Source: Nitrospirae bacterium CG2_30_53_67 (GTDB taxonomy: Bacteria; CG2-30-53-67). Taken from it: DNA of 61,723 bases. How positions within the stretch are numbered: position 1 is the first letter of the stretch; each line of letters begins with the position of its first letter. Location: contig MNYV01000076.1 in NCBI GenBank assembly GCA_001873285.1, forward strand, positions 1-61,723, read 5' to 3'. The position numbers were made by a program, and so were the translations under genes. Shown piece by piece: positions 18,872-28,861 of this stretch. The notes below the pieces were generated by a model. It did not search any database and had not been told where the DNA came from. It was given only the letters and a program-made list of their open reading frames with translations.

Positions 18872-20365
18872 CTATCCCTCCGGAATTTCCATGGACAGGG
18901 AATTCTTCTGCCTTCCGATCATAAAGACCGCGTTCCTTGTCCCTTCCTTGACCCGATACATGGACTGATCCGCCAGTTGGATCAGTTCGTTCTTATCCTT
19001 CACGTGGTTTGGGTAGGAGGCGATGCCGAAACTGGCCGTGAGGTGAAACGCCTCGCCTGTATCCGAATAAAACGTATACTCCTCCATGGTCTTCCTGAGG
19101 CGTTCAGAAGTGCCGAAGGCTGCTTCAGGCCCCGTCTCCGGCAGGACGGCGATGAACTCATCACCGCCATACCTGCAGATGACGTCCATGGGCCGGAGAT
19201 GATTCTTCAATATGGTCCCGATCTCCACCAGGAGCTGGCTCCCGACCAGATGTCCGAAACGATCGTTGACGCGCTTGAAATAATCAAGATCCAGGAAGAT
19301 CAGTGAAACCTGGGTATGGTACCGGTTTGCCCTTGAAATTTCGATATCAAGAGACTGATGCAGATATCTGAAGTTATAAAGCTGCGTCAATCCGTCGGTA
19401 ATGGCCAGCTCCGTCGCCTTCTTATAGAGGAGAGAGTTTTCAATCGCGATGGAAGCCTGGTCGACAAGGGTCAAAACAAGATCCAGGTCTTTCCGGTCAA
19501 AAGGCTTTCCATCAATCTTGTTGATGACCTCCAGAACGCCCAGGATCTTCCCCTTGCTGCGCAGCGGCACGCAGAGAATGGAACGCGTCTTAAAATCCAG
19601 GGAATCATCAATCTTATGGCAGAACCGTTTGTCCGTGGCGACGTCCTCCACAATGATGGGCTCACCATGAAGGGCCACCCATCCGGCGATCCCCTCCCCT
19701 ACCTTAAGCCGGAACCTCTTGATATCGTGTTTTTTCTCTCCCTCGGCCAATTCAAAGTAGAGTTCGTTCTTTTCCTCATCCAGCAGCAGCACGGAGCCGG
19801 CCTCGGCCTTGACCAGTTCATTGGTCTTTTCCATGATGATGTCGAGAATGCTTCCTGTGTCCAGTGTGGAAGTCAGGGCCTTGCCGACCTTGATGAAGTA
19901 GGAGAGTTCCCTGGTGGTTTGATCCCGTTCAGAGGTGGTGCGGATCAGATCTTCAAACTGCGCCTTGCGGTCCTCGGCCTTTCCAAGAGCAAAAATAAGC
20001 CTCTTGGCATGGATGGATAAAATGAGATAGTCGTCTATCTGTGTGATCTTCTGCTGAAAAATCGTTTCGAGATCGTCTTCGAACACCGCCAGGATCACCT
20101 GGGTCGCGGGATTCCCTTTCTTCAGGTCTTTGATCCGGTCCGTATCCCATGACGATTTCCCCACAATCAGAATGGAACCTGGTTCAGGTTGAGGGCCTTG
20201 GTTGCGGCATACCAGCGGATCGAATCTGGACCCCTGCATGAAACCCAGCAAGGCATCCTCTTCCTGACGGTTAAGACCGTGCAGATAGACCCGAACGTTT
20301 TTATTCATGGTACCGTCTTTCCTAAAGAATGATCCCGATCCCGGCTGACCTGTCTGCCGTCGCAC
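18872..20365 (-). CDS. Diguanylate cyclase (receiver-like N-terminus, GAF, GGDEF)
   Basis: GAF segment (GIAGWVALHGEPIIVEDV). GGDEF domain with RYGGDEF and an RxxD I-site (RPMD). Confidence 0.85.
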   Translation of the reverse strand: MRRQTGQPGSGSFFRKDGTMNKNVRVYLHGLNRQEEDALLGFMQGSRFDPLVCRNQGPQPEPGSILIVGKSSWDTDRIKDLKKGNPATQVILAVFEDDLETIFQQKITQIDDYLILSIHAKRLIFALGKAEDRKAQFEDLIRTTSERDQTTRELSYFIKVGKALTSTLDTGSILDIIMEKTNELVKAEAGSVLLLDEEKNELYFELAEGEKKHDIKRFRLKVGEGIAGWVALHGEPIIVEDVATDKRFCHKIDDSLDFKTRSILCVPLRSKGKILGVLEVINKIDGKPFDRKDLDLVLTLVDQASIAIENSLLYKKATELAITDGLTQLYNFRYLHQSLDIEISRANRYHTQVSLIFLDLDYFKRVNDRFGHLVGSQLLVEIGTILKNHLRPMDVICRYGGDEFIAVLPETGPEAAFGTSERLRKTMEEYTFYSDTGEAFHLTASFGIASYPNHVKDKNELIQLADQSMYRVKEGTRNAVFMIGRQKNSLSMEIPEG

Positions 20366-20376
20366 AGGCAGGCCGG

Positions 20377-21045
20377 TCAGTGACTCCCTGCATGACTGTC
20401 TCCCGATTCCGTGGAGAGTCCCCGTATAGGCTTCAACAGCGCCCGAACGGCCCCGCCCGGATGGGACGATCCGGAAACGAATGAAAGAACGGCCGCGCCG
20501 GCCGCACGGGCCTTGAAGACTTCCCTGATATTCATCGGGGTGATCCCTCCGATGCCGATCACCGGAACGCCGACCTTTCGGACCGCTTCTTCGAGCGCCT
20601 CGACGCCCGACACAGGGACCCCCTTCTTGGACCGGGTGGCAAAAACCGACCCGAAACCGATGTAGTCAGCCCCGTCTTTTTCTGCCTGCCGCGCCTCATA
20701 GAGCGAATGGGCTGTGGCGCCGATCATTCTGCCGGGATCGAGGAATCTTCGCGCCGCAGGAACAGGAAGATCCTCCGCTCCCAGATGGAGACCATCCGCA
20801 TCGGAAAGCATCGCGATGTCCAAACGGTCGTTGATCACCAGATCGGCACCATATTGCCGGGTTAAAACCCGAAGTTCCGCGGCTTCCCTGAGCTGTACCC
20901 TTCCGGGTTTTCCTTTCCCGCGATATTGAATCACCCCGGCCCCTTCCTTAAGGACGGCCTCCGCAGTCTGATGGGGGTCGGCCTCTCCGCCGACAATCAC
21001 GCAGAGTTTCCACTTCGTGCCGTTCCTTGGCATCCTCTCCTTCAT
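20377..21045 (-). CDS. thiE: Thiamine-phosphate synthase
   Basis: VIQYRGKG..LVINDRLDIAMLSDADGLHLG..ADYIGFGSVFAT..PVIGIGGI matches the ThiE pattern. Confidence 0.85.
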   Translation of the reverse strand: MKERMPRNGTKWKLCVIVGGEADPHQTAEAVLKEGAGVIQYRGKGKPGRVQLREAAELRVLTRQYGADLVINDRLDIAMLSDADGLHLGAEDLPVPAARRFLDPGRMIGATAHSLYEARQAEKDGADYIGFGSVFATRSKKGVPVSGVEALEEAVRKVGVPVIGIGGITPMNIREVFKARAAGAAVLSFVSGSSHPGGAVRALLKPIRGLSTESGDSHAGSH

Positions 21046-22394
21046 CAGATCTGCACCTTCTCCAAAAACGTCGTATAGACCTCACCGGCGAGAAATTCCG
21101 GCGCCCTCATCACTTTTTTATGAAAAGGGATCGTGGTCTTGATCCCCTGTACCACAAATTCATCCAAGGCCCTCTTCATGACGGCGATGGCTTCTGAACG
21201 GTCCTTGCCTTTCACGATCACCTTGGCGAGCAGGGAGTCGTAATTCGAGGGCACCCGGTACCCGGAATAGACCGCCGTATCCACCCGGACGTTCGGACCT
21301 CCAGGCTGAATGAACATCTCGATCAGGCCGGGGCACGGAGTAAAGGTTTCGGAATCCTCGGCGTTGATCCGGCATTCGATACTGTGACCCAGGATATGGA
21401 CCTGATCCTGCATGAAGGATAGAGGTTCGCCGGACGCAATCCTGATCTGTTCCTTGATCAGGTCAATCCCCGTGACCATTTCCGTAACCGGGTGTTCAAC
21501 CTGAATTCTTGTATTCATCTCCATAAAATAGAATTCGCCCTGGTCATCGAGAATGAATTCCACGGTCCCCGCATTGGTGTAACCTACAGCCTTCGCCGCA
21601 CAAAGGGCTGCATCACCGATCCGTTTTCGCAGGTCTTCATCCAAGGCAGGAGACGGAGATTCCTCAATCAGTTTCTGATGCCTGCGTTGAATGGAACAAT
21701 CCCTCTCACCGAGCTCAACCATGTTCCCCATTTCGTCGGCTAAGATCTGGATCTCGATATGACGGGGCTTTTCTATGTACCGCTCGATATAGACGGACGC
21801 ATCATTGAACACGGCCGCCGCCTCGGCCTTGGCCATGGCAAAAAGATGCGGCAGAGAGGCCTCGGAATGGACCACCCGCATCCCCTTGCCTCCGCCGCCT
21901 GCTGAGGCCTTGATGATGACCGGAAGACCGATTTTTCTTGCAATCTCAAGGGCTTCACGTTCGGTCTCTACGACACCTTCACTACCGGGGATCACCGGCA
22001 CCCCTGCTTGTTTCATGGTATTCCTGGCTTGGGCCTTGTTTCCCATCAATCGAATATGATCGGCGCTCGGACCGATAAACTTGATACCCGACGAGGCACA
22101 GATATCCGCGAATTCAGCATTCTCCGATAGAAACCCGTAACCGGGATGTACGGCCTCTACGTCCGTCATCTCACAGGCGCTCAGGATGTTGGGCACATTC
22201 AGATAACTCTGCCCGATGGGAGGAGGTCCCACGCAGATACTCTCGTCCGCATGTTGGACATGCAGGGAATGGGCGTCCAGATCCGAATGAATCGCCACGG
22301 TTTGAATCTCCATTTCCTTGCAGGCTCGGATGATCCGTACCGCGATCTCTCCCCGGTTTGCAATCAGGATCTTCTGAAACACATCAGTCTCCAA
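21045..22394 (-). CDS. accC: Acetyl-CoA carboxylase, biotin carboxylase subunit
   Basis: KILIANRGEIAVRIIRAC..GGGGKGMRVV..EMNTRIQVEHPVTE are canonical AccC motifs. Confidence 0.95.
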   Translation of the reverse strand: METDVFQKILIANRGEIAVRIIRACKEMEIQTVAIHSDLDAHSLHVQHADESICVGPPPIGQSYLNVPNILSACEMTDVEAVHPGYGFLSENAEFADICASSGIKFIGPSADHIRLMGNKAQARNTMKQAGVPVIPGSEGVVETEREALEIARKIGLPVIIKASAGGGGKGMRVVHSEASLPHLFAMAKAEAAAVFNDASVYIERYIEKPRHIEIQILADEMGNMVELGERDCSIQRRHQKLIEESPSPALDEDLRKRIGDAALCAAKAVGYTNAGTVEFILDDQGEFYFMEMNTRIQVEHPVTEMVTGIDLIKEQIRIASGEPLSFMQDQVHILGHSIECRINAEDSETFTPCPGLIEMFIQPGGPNVRVDTAVYSGYRVPSNYDSLLAKVIVKGKDRSEAIAVMKRALDEFVVQGIKTTIPFHKKVMRAPEFLAGEVYTTFLEKVQI

Positions 22395-22418
22395 TGATGG
22401 GGGTGAATGCTCTTTGTT

Positions 22419-22892
22419 CTACGGCAAGGGTTCCAGGATGAAAAGAGGTTCGCCGTATTCCACAGGAGACTTGTCCTCCTTCAGGATCCGGAGCACACTC
22501 CCTTTCACATCGGCTTCGATCTCATTCATCAGTTTCATGGCCTCGATGATACAAAGAGGCTGTCCTTTTTCCACGGCGCTCCCCACTTCTACAAAGGGAG
22601 GCGAATCCGGGGCAGGACACCGATAAAAGGTCCCGACCATAGGGGACTTCACCACGATTTGACCGGGGACCATCTCGGGAACGGAGGTCTCGGCGGATGC
22701 AGGGGGCTTCTCAGCATCTTCCTCTCCGGTCCGGGGAGAAGACTTGGAAGGCGCCGGTTCTTTGACGGAATGTACGCGGTGTGCCTCGCCCAGGATGATC
22801 CGGACTCTGAATCCTTCACGTTCCAATTCGATTTCTGAGATCCCGGTTCCCTGAACCATCTCGATCAATTCTTTGATCTCTTTAAGGTTCAT
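22419..22892 (-). CDS. accB: Biotin carboxyl carrier protein
   Basis: C-terminal biotinyl domain with the biotinylation motif [11 protein letters not shown]. Confidence 0.9.
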   Translation of the reverse strand: MNLKEIKELIEMVQGTGISEIELEREGFRVRIILGEAHRVHSVKEPAPSKSSPRTGEEDAEKPPASAETSVPEMVPGQIVVKSPMVGTFYRCPAPDSPPFVEVGSAVEKGQPLCIIEAMKLMNEIEADVKGSVLRILKEDKSPVEYGEPLFILEPLP

Positions 22893-22913
22893 TTCTCTCC
22901 CCTTTGAACCACG

Positions 22914-23489
22914 CTATGGCTTCTCGGTTTCCCTGGCACGTTCTATGAATTCACCTGTCCTCGTATCGATCTTCGCCGACTCCCCTTCATTCAAATAAAG
23001 AGGCACCTTGACCACAAAACCGGTTTCCATGACCGCAGACTTGCTCCCGCCTGATGCCGTATCTCCCTTGACGCCGGGTTTGGTCTCCACGACCTTAAGC
23101 ACGACAAAATTGGGGAGTTCCAATCCGATCGGGCGCCCGTTATGAAAAAGGATCTTTGCCTGGATATTTTCCTTGAGAAAGTTTTTATTATCACCCAGCT
23201 GCTCCTCGGTCAGATAGAGCTGCTCAAAGTTCGATGTGTCCATGAAGCAGTACTGTCCCTCGGACCTGTAAAGATATTGCATCTCCCGCTCATCCAGATC
23301 GGGTTTCTCCACTTTCTCGCCTGATCGGAATGTCCTGTCGATGACCGCGCCGGTCTTGAGCCGCTTCAACCGGGTCCGGACAAATGCCCCGCCCTTGCCG
23401 GGTTTGACATGCTGAAACTCCACGATGATATAGGGCTCTCCATCCAACTCAATCTTCAATCCATTTCTGAAATCCGCCGTCGAATACAC
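22914..23489 (-). CDS. efp: Translation elongation factor P
   Basis: FRNGLKIELDGEPYIIVEFQHVKPGKGGAFVRTRLK is canonical EF-P. Confidence 0.95.
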   Translation of the reverse strand: MYSTADFRNGLKIELDGEPYIIVEFQHVKPGKGGAFVRTRLKRLKTGAVIDRTFRSGEKVEKPDLDEREMQYLYRSEGQYCFMDTSNFEQLYLTEEQLGDNKNFLKENIQAKILFHNGRPIGLELPNFVVLKVVETKPGVKGDTASGGSKSAVMETGFVVKVPLYLNEGESAKIDTRTGEFIERARETEKP

Positions 23490-23554
23490 TGATTCCTCCT
23501 TGAGATCCTATCCCGTCAAACTATTTTATAATGAAATATCAGAAAAATCCAACA

Positions 23555-24643
23555 CTAAACTTCTCCTTCCACGGCCTTCCATCCCTTGGAAAGGGTAGTC
23601 AAGACACGGCACCCGTCCACGGTGACCTGAACCATGTCTTCAATCCTGACCCCGCCCAAACCCGGGATGTAAATCCCAGGCTCCACGGTGAAGACCATCC
23701 CTTCACGGATGCGCATCCGGTTCTTCGGAGCCACATGAGGCAGTTCGTGGACCTCCAAACCGATACCGTGTCCGGTTCCATGACCGAAATATTTACCAAA
23801 GCCCGCTTTTTGAATCATTTTTCTTGCTGTTGCATCAATTTCTGCCAGATATTTACCTGGTTTAATCGCACGAATCGCTTCATTTTGCGCATCGAGGACC
23901 GTCTCGAAGATCTTCCGTTTCTTGCCGGCGAACCGTTTCCCGATAAACAAGGTTCGAGTCATGTCGGAAAAATAACCGCCGCATTCCGCCCCGAAATCCA
24001 CAACCACAAGATCCCCTTGCATCAACCTCTTTTCCGATGCCGTGCCGTGCGGCATGGCCGACCGCTCGCCTGATGAAACGATCAGGTCAAATGCAGCACG
24101 GGCTGCCCCCGCCCTGCGTATCAATCCCTCCATGGAAAGTGCGATCTCCCTTTCGGAGATGCCGGCACGAATCTTTTTTCTTACCGTTTTGAATGCCTCT
24201 TCCGCCCGGCGTACGGCCTTAAGGATCTTCCGGACCTCTGCTTCGGATTTGATCATCCTGATGGATTCCAGACCCGCTGTCACCGGAATGAGACGAATCG
24301 GGGAGATTTTTTTCCTTAATTCCTGGAAGGACTGAAACCTCAGATCTTCAGGTTCAAAACCGAGCCGGCCGATCCTTGTTTTTTTCAGCAGACGGAGGAT
24401 CCGTTCCGGAACTTTCTCGTTCTTTTTAAGAACCTGGATATGGAAACCGGCGATTTCCTGCTCCGATTGGACGGCATATCGTGAATCGGTGATGAAATAA
24501 TCATGAGAGGATGCGATCAGGATGACCCCGGCCGAACCTGTAAATCCTGAAAGGTATCGGACATTCTCCCTCTTGCTCACCAGAAAGGCATCCACCCGGT
24601 TTTTTTGAAGGAGTTCATGGACAGCATCCATTGACCTCTTCAT
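23555..24643 (-). CDS. Xaa-Pro aminopeptidase (peptidase M24B)
   Basis: [41 protein letters not shown] are the M24 metal-ligand motifs. Confidence 0.9.
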   Translation of the reverse strand: MKRSMDAVHELLQKNRVDAFLVSKRENVRYLSGFTGSAGVILIASSHDYFITDSRYAVQSEQEIAGFHIQVLKKNEKVPERILRLLKKTRIGRLGFEPEDLRFQSFQELRKKISPIRLIPVTAGLESIRMIKSEAEVRKILKAVRRAEEAFKTVRKKIRAGISEREIALSMEGLIRRAGAARAAFDLIVSSGERSAMPHGTASEKRLMQGDLVVVDFGAECGGYFSDMTRTLFIGKRFAGKKRKIFETVLDAQNEAIRAIKPGKYLAEIDATARKMIQKAGFGKYFGHGTGHGIGLEVHELPHVAPKNRMRIREGMVFTVEPGIYIPGLGGVRIEDMVQVTVDGCRVLTTLSKGWKAVEGEV

Positions 24644-25092
24644 GGATGACGTCCCCGGCTTTCAGAAACCAGGGTTACGGCTGCTCTCAACCCGAGAACA
24701 TAACTTTCCCTGCCGAACCCCGAAATTTGTCCTTTTGCCACCGGCGCGATAAAAGAATGCCGGCGGAAGGGTTCCCTGGCATGGATATTGGAAAGATGAA
24801 CCTCTACCGTAGGAATTTCCACGGCTGCGACGGCATCCCGGATAGCGATACTGGTGTGCGTGAATGCCGCCGGATTGATGACGATGGCCTGAAATGAACC
24901 GGGCGCCTGCTGGATCCAGTCAATGATCCTGGCCTCTTCATTGGATTGCCGGGTGGTCACCTGCACACCGAGAGATTTTGCGGTCTTCTTGAGATCCCGA
25001 TCAATCTCCCGAAGGGTCAGCGTGCCGTAGATTTCCGCCTCGCGGGTCCCCAGAAGATTCAGATTGGGACCATGTATCACAAGAACCTTCAT
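24640..25092 (-). CDS. aroQ: 3-dehydroquinate dehydratase, type II
   Basis: [48 protein letters not shown]. Confidence 0.95.
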   Translation of the reverse strand: MKVLVIHGPNLNLLGTREAEIYGTLTLREIDRDLKKTAKSLGVQVTTRQSNEEARIIDWIQQAPGSFQAIVINPAAFTHTSIAIRDAVAAVEIPTVEVHLSNIHAREPFRRHSFIAPVAKGQISGFGRESYVLGLRAAVTLVSESRGRHP

Positions 25093-25107
25093 AAAAGCGT
25101 GTCCATT

Positions 25108-25464
25108 TTACTCGAATTCCGATGCCATGCGGGGCACCAGGATGCGTAATTTAAAACGGCCTTTACCGAGATTTCCGGTCCCGTTCAGAATCAAAGCCAC
25201 AAAATATTCTTCGTTGATCTTGCGTGCAATGGCGGTCTTTTCCCTGTTGACCATCATCATTTCACCCATGGGCCCCGTGTCCATGGATAGGGCGGCACGA
25301 TTCATTTCTTTGACAACGCCGGATAACTCGATGCCGATCAACTGAAGGTCCAGATTCTCGTCCCCGAGGTATTCTTCGACCGAAATGCCGTCCATCCCCA
25401 TGATGACGGCCCCCAATGCGCCATCCACGGAACAGACGACCTCCTTCAGCAGTTCTTTGAACAT
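25108..25464 (-). CDS. Roadblock/LC7 (MglB-like) domain protein
   Basis: 118 aa. VDGALGAVIMGMDGISVEE...EYFVALIL is a typical Robl/LC7 pattern. Confidence 0.7.
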   Translation of the reverse strand: MFKELLKEVVCSVDGALGAVIMGMDGISVEEYLGDENLDLQLIGIELSGVVKEMNRAALSMDTGPMGEMMMVNREKTAIARKINEEYFVALILNGTGNLGKGRFKLRILVPRMASEFE

Positions 25465-26327
25465 CGCTTCTCCTTTTCGTCACGGATCCGTTCGAGCCAG
25501 TTTTCAAGATGGTGAATCACGGACGTCCTGGATACAGGCCATACTTCGGCCGGAGGATATTCTTCCTCCTTTTCCTCTGCGGTTTCACGCATAGGAGCCT
25601 GCATCATCGTTTTCTTCAGTTCATCCAATCTCTGCTGATAGGTCTGATTCCAAGGCTCATCTTGAAGTAAATTCTCATAAATTTCCACGGCTTTTTCATA
25701 GTGACCCTGCCGTGCATAAAGCTCTCCGAGAGTCGGGGTATGGATCTCCCCTCGATCCGTCTGATCATCGGATTTCCGACCGGAAGGCAAACCGGCGTCT
25801 TCATCACAGGGCTGCTCCATCACTCCAGGATCACGCCCCGGTTCTTCCACGGCCCTTTCTTGACTGATCATCTCGCCAAGGTAGCGGTCATCTTCCTGCA
25901 GGTCGTCAGTTTCTTCCGGCCGTTCGGAAAACCCTCCGCTCATGGAAACCGTTTCCGAGCCGTCATCCGGATGGGCAGCAGAAGATGCAGGCAGGACCGC
26001 CGGCCCTTCTTCGTCTTTGACCTCCTGAATGATGTCGACTTCCTCAAGGAAGGCATCATCCAGGTCCATGCCGGAGAAGTTCGAATCGGAATCCACAATC
26101 TCTATCTCAACATGGAGAGAAGAGATATCGATCTCTTCAGAACTCAGTCCGGATACCGGTTCTCCTTTTACAGAGGGTTCCTTCTGATCCGCTTTGCTTA
26201 AAAAAATATCCTTTTCTATTTTATTCTGGACCTCATCAAAAAAATCCGGGCCGTTTTGTTCCTGATTCTCTTTCACCATAAGGGTTCTTTCTTTGATAAA
26301 GCAAGGAGTTTTCACAAGAAAATTCAT
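25446..26327 (-). CDS. Hypothetical highly acidic protein with one C-terminal TPR-like unit
   Basis: 293-aa ORF that is Asp/Glu-rich, with LGELYARQGHYEKAVEIYENLL. Start uncertain (26327 or ATG 26279). Overlaps the Roadblock gene start by 19 nt. Confidence 0.5.
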   Translation of the reverse strand: MNFLVKTPCFIKERTLMVKENQEQNGPDFFDEVQNKIEKDIFLSKADQKEPSVKGEPVSGLSSEEIDISSLHVEIEIVDSDSNFSGMDLDDAFLEEVDIIQEVKDEEGPAVLPASSAAHPDDGSETVSMSGGFSERPEETDDLQEDDRYLGEMISQERAVEEPGRDPGVMEQPCDEDAGLPSGRKSDDQTDRGEIHTPTLGELYARQGHYEKAVEIYENLLQDEPWNQTYQQRLDELKKTMMQAPMRETAEEKEEEYPPAEVWPVSRTSVIHHLENWLERIRDEKEKRCSKNC

Positions 26328-26457
26328 CTAACTAATTAAATAATAACAAAAAACTCTTAAAAGTCAAGGTTAAAATTTTTCTTGATTTTCATAAAAAGGA
26401 ATGCTAAATTGTCATAATATTGTTGTTCAGAATACATCAGAATCCACGGAGAGAATC

Positions 26458-27813
26458 ATGGAGCAAAGAAAAATTCTTATTGCAGATGACGACCACATCG
26501 AAAAAGAATCGTTGGCCACGATCCTCCATCGCGAGGGTTATGAAACCATCACGGCAGGGGACGGCAAGGAGGCATGGGAAAAGATACAGCAGTCTCCTCC
26601 GGACCTAGTGCTGACCGACCTGAAAATGCCTTATCTGAACGGGTTGGAACTCTTATCCGAAATCAAGGCCCATTATCCGGAAATCGAAGTCGTCATTATC
26701 ACGGGTTATGCCACGGTGGAGTCGGCCATCAACGCCATGAAGGTGGGCGCCATAGATTACATCTCCAAGCCTTTTAATGTGGAAGAGGTAAAAATCATCA
26801 TCAAAAAGACCTTGGAAAAAAAGGAACTCCAGGAAGAGAACATACAACTCCGCAAACAGTTGAAGGAGTATTATCAGTTCAAGAATATCATAGGGAGCAG
26901 TCACGCCATACAAGAGGTCGTGAGGATCCTGAAAAAGATCGTCAACGGCATGAGCCCTGTATTGATCACGGGCGAGGAAGGCAACGGCAAGGAACTTCTG
27001 GCTAAGAGCCTTCATTACAACAGTCCGAGAAAAGACCGGCCCTTTATCACCGTCAACTGCGGCGCTTTTCAGCAGGATCAGATGGAGCGGGAGATCTTCG
27101 GAGGCCCGAACGGAAAGGGGGTGCTCGAACAGGCCAACCATGGAACCCTTTTTATAGACGAAATAGAAAGCCTCCCCATTCCTCTCCAGGTCAGACTCCT
27201 GGAAAGTTTGAAGGATAACATGATCCGGGTCACGGAAAAGAATCAGCGGATCCCTCTCAACATCCGTTATATCACCGCAAGCACGGTAGACTTGGGGCGG
27301 GAGACCGAACTGGGAAATTTCCGGGAGGATCTCTACTACCGGCTTTCCGTCATACCCATATTTATCCCCCCCCTGCGGGACCGTAAAGAAGACATCCCTC
27401 TGCTTTTAAATCATTTCTTAAAGCAGTTGAACAAGGAGCATAACAAGAAAATCAGGTTCATCGATTCTGAGGCCATGGATGATCTCATGACCCACACCTG
27501 GCAGGGAAACGTCACCGAACTTTATAATGTGATTCAACGAGCCGTGATCCTGACCGAGGGCGAGGTGATTAACACGGATGTCTTCCCTGACCGCCTGAAC
27601 GAGGTTCGGGAAGAAGAAGTCCTGGTCATTCCCAAAATCCCCAAACACGGGATCAACCTGAAAGAAGAAGTGGAAAAATTCGAGACCCAGCTGATCAATC
27701 ATGCGCTCAAACGAACCAACGGCGCCATCACTTTGGCGTCTGAGATGTTGAAATTGAAGCGAACGACTCTTGTGGAAAAGACCAAACGGTTGAAGGATAT
27801 CGCAGAGTATTAA
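26458..27813 (+). CDS. NtrC-family response regulator (REC, AAA+ sigma-54-interaction-like, Fis-type HTH) lacking GAFTGA
   Basis: REC domain (ILIADDD..DLVLTDLKMP), AAA+ domain (VLITGEEGNGKE, TLFIDEI) and C-terminal HTH (ASEMLKLKRTTLVEKTKR). ATG at 26458 with a GGAGAG RBS; the track start at 26401 is over-extended. Confidence 0.85.
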   Translation: MEQRKILIADDDHIEKESLATILHREGYETITAGDGKEAWEKIQQSPPDLVLTDLKMPYLNGLELLSEIKAHYPEIEVVIITGYATVESAINAMKVGAIDYISKPFNVEEVKIIIKKTLEKKELQEENIQLRKQLKEYYQFKNIIGSSHAIQEVVRILKKIVNGMSPVLITGEEGNGKELLAKSLHYNSPRKDRPFITVNCGAFQQDQMEREIFGGPNGKGVLEQANHGTLFIDEIESLPIPLQVRLLESLKDNMIRVTEKNQRIPLNIRYITASTVDLGRETELGNFREDLYYRLSVIPIFIPPLRDRKEDIPLLLNHFLKQLNKEHNKKIRFIDSEAMDDLMTHTWQGNVTELYNVIQRAVILTEGEVINTDVFPDRLNEVREEEVLVIPKIPKHGINLKEEVEKFETQLINHALKRTNGAITLASEMLKLKRTTLVEKTKRLKDIAEY

Positions 27814-27847
27814 AGAGCGGGAAAGCCTTTAATGAAAGGAAAGATAG

Positions 27848-28861
27848 ATGAATGAACGCTGCCGACTGTCCGAGATCATAGGCGAAACACGGGGGATCAA
27901 ACTCTCCCGGCGGTTGATCACCCAGGCCTATAAGACCGATACACCGGTTCTTCTGCAGGGAGAACCGGGTACAGGCAAAGATCTGATCAGCAAGATCATC
28001 CATGATAACAGCAGCCGGGCCGGCAAGCCCCTGATCACCATGAACTGTGCCGCCCTGGATGAGGCGGCCTTGCAAAGGAATCTTTTTCATGAAGAGGAAG
28101 GTTTCAAGAATGTTTTCCAGCAGGCCCAAGGCGGGACCCTTTTTCTGAAAGAGATCGATGCGCTCCCTCTGAATCTGCAGATTAAGTTCCTGAACAAAAT
28201 CAAAAAGGATCTTTTCAAATCGACCAGCGCCCTCAATCACGTTGTGCCGCAAGCCCGGATCATGACCTCGACCGAAGACGAGTTGGAAAGACTCATCCGC
28301 AAGAAACGATTTCGGGAGGATCTATATTACCAGCTCAATGTCATTCACATCTACCTGCCCCCGCTTCGGAAAAGAATCAAGGACTTTCCTTTGCTGGCCG
28401 AATATTTTGTCCGGATGTTCAGTTCGAAACTGGATAGACATCCGCCCGAAATCTCAAAAGAGATCTATCCGATCCTTCGGTCTTATGAATGGATGGGGAA
28501 CATCCAGGAGTTTGCCAACGCCATGGAATACGCTGTAAACATGGCCGGGGAAGGGAAGCTGATCTCGGCCGAAGAACTTCCACAGCATATCCTGGAATCC
28601 AAAGGGTACGACATAGCAAACGAAATCCTCTTCCCGCAAAAAGGCATTGATCTGAAGAACGCCGTCAAGAAATTTGAACGGAACCTGATCCTTCAGGCGC
28701 TGGAACAAACCGACGGAATCATCAGCAACGCCGCGGAGATCCTGCGTGTCAAGAGAACCACCCTCGTGGAAAAAATCAAGCGGGAAAAGATCAATTCGGA
28801 ACGGTTCAAAAAACGTCGGCGCCTGCACAAGAGTCTGGAGAAAAAGAAGATCGTCAACTGA
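27848..28861 (+). CDS. Stand-alone AAA+ sigma-54-activator-like protein plus HTH, degenerate motifs
   Basis: Begins directly with the AAA+ module (IIGETRGIK, VLLQGEPGTGKD). The Walker B reads TLFLKEID. REDLYYQLNV is present, as is the HTH AAEILRVKRTTLVEKIKR. No receiver or sensor domain. Confidence 0.8.
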   Translation: MNERCRLSEIIGETRGIKLSRRLITQAYKTDTPVLLQGEPGTGKDLISKIIHDNSSRAGKPLITMNCAALDEAALQRNLFHEEEGFKNVFQQAQGGTLFLKEIDALPLNLQIKFLNKIKKDLFKSTSALNHVVPQARIMTSTEDELERLIRKKRFREDLYYQLNVIHIYLPPLRKRIKDFPLLAEYFVRMFSSKLDRHPPEISKEIYPILRSYEWMGNIQEFANAMEYAVNMAGEGKLISAEELPQHILESKGYDIANEILFPQKGIDLKNAVKKFERNLILQALEQTDGIISNAAEILRVKRTTLVEKIKREKINSERFKKRRRLHKSLEKKKIVN

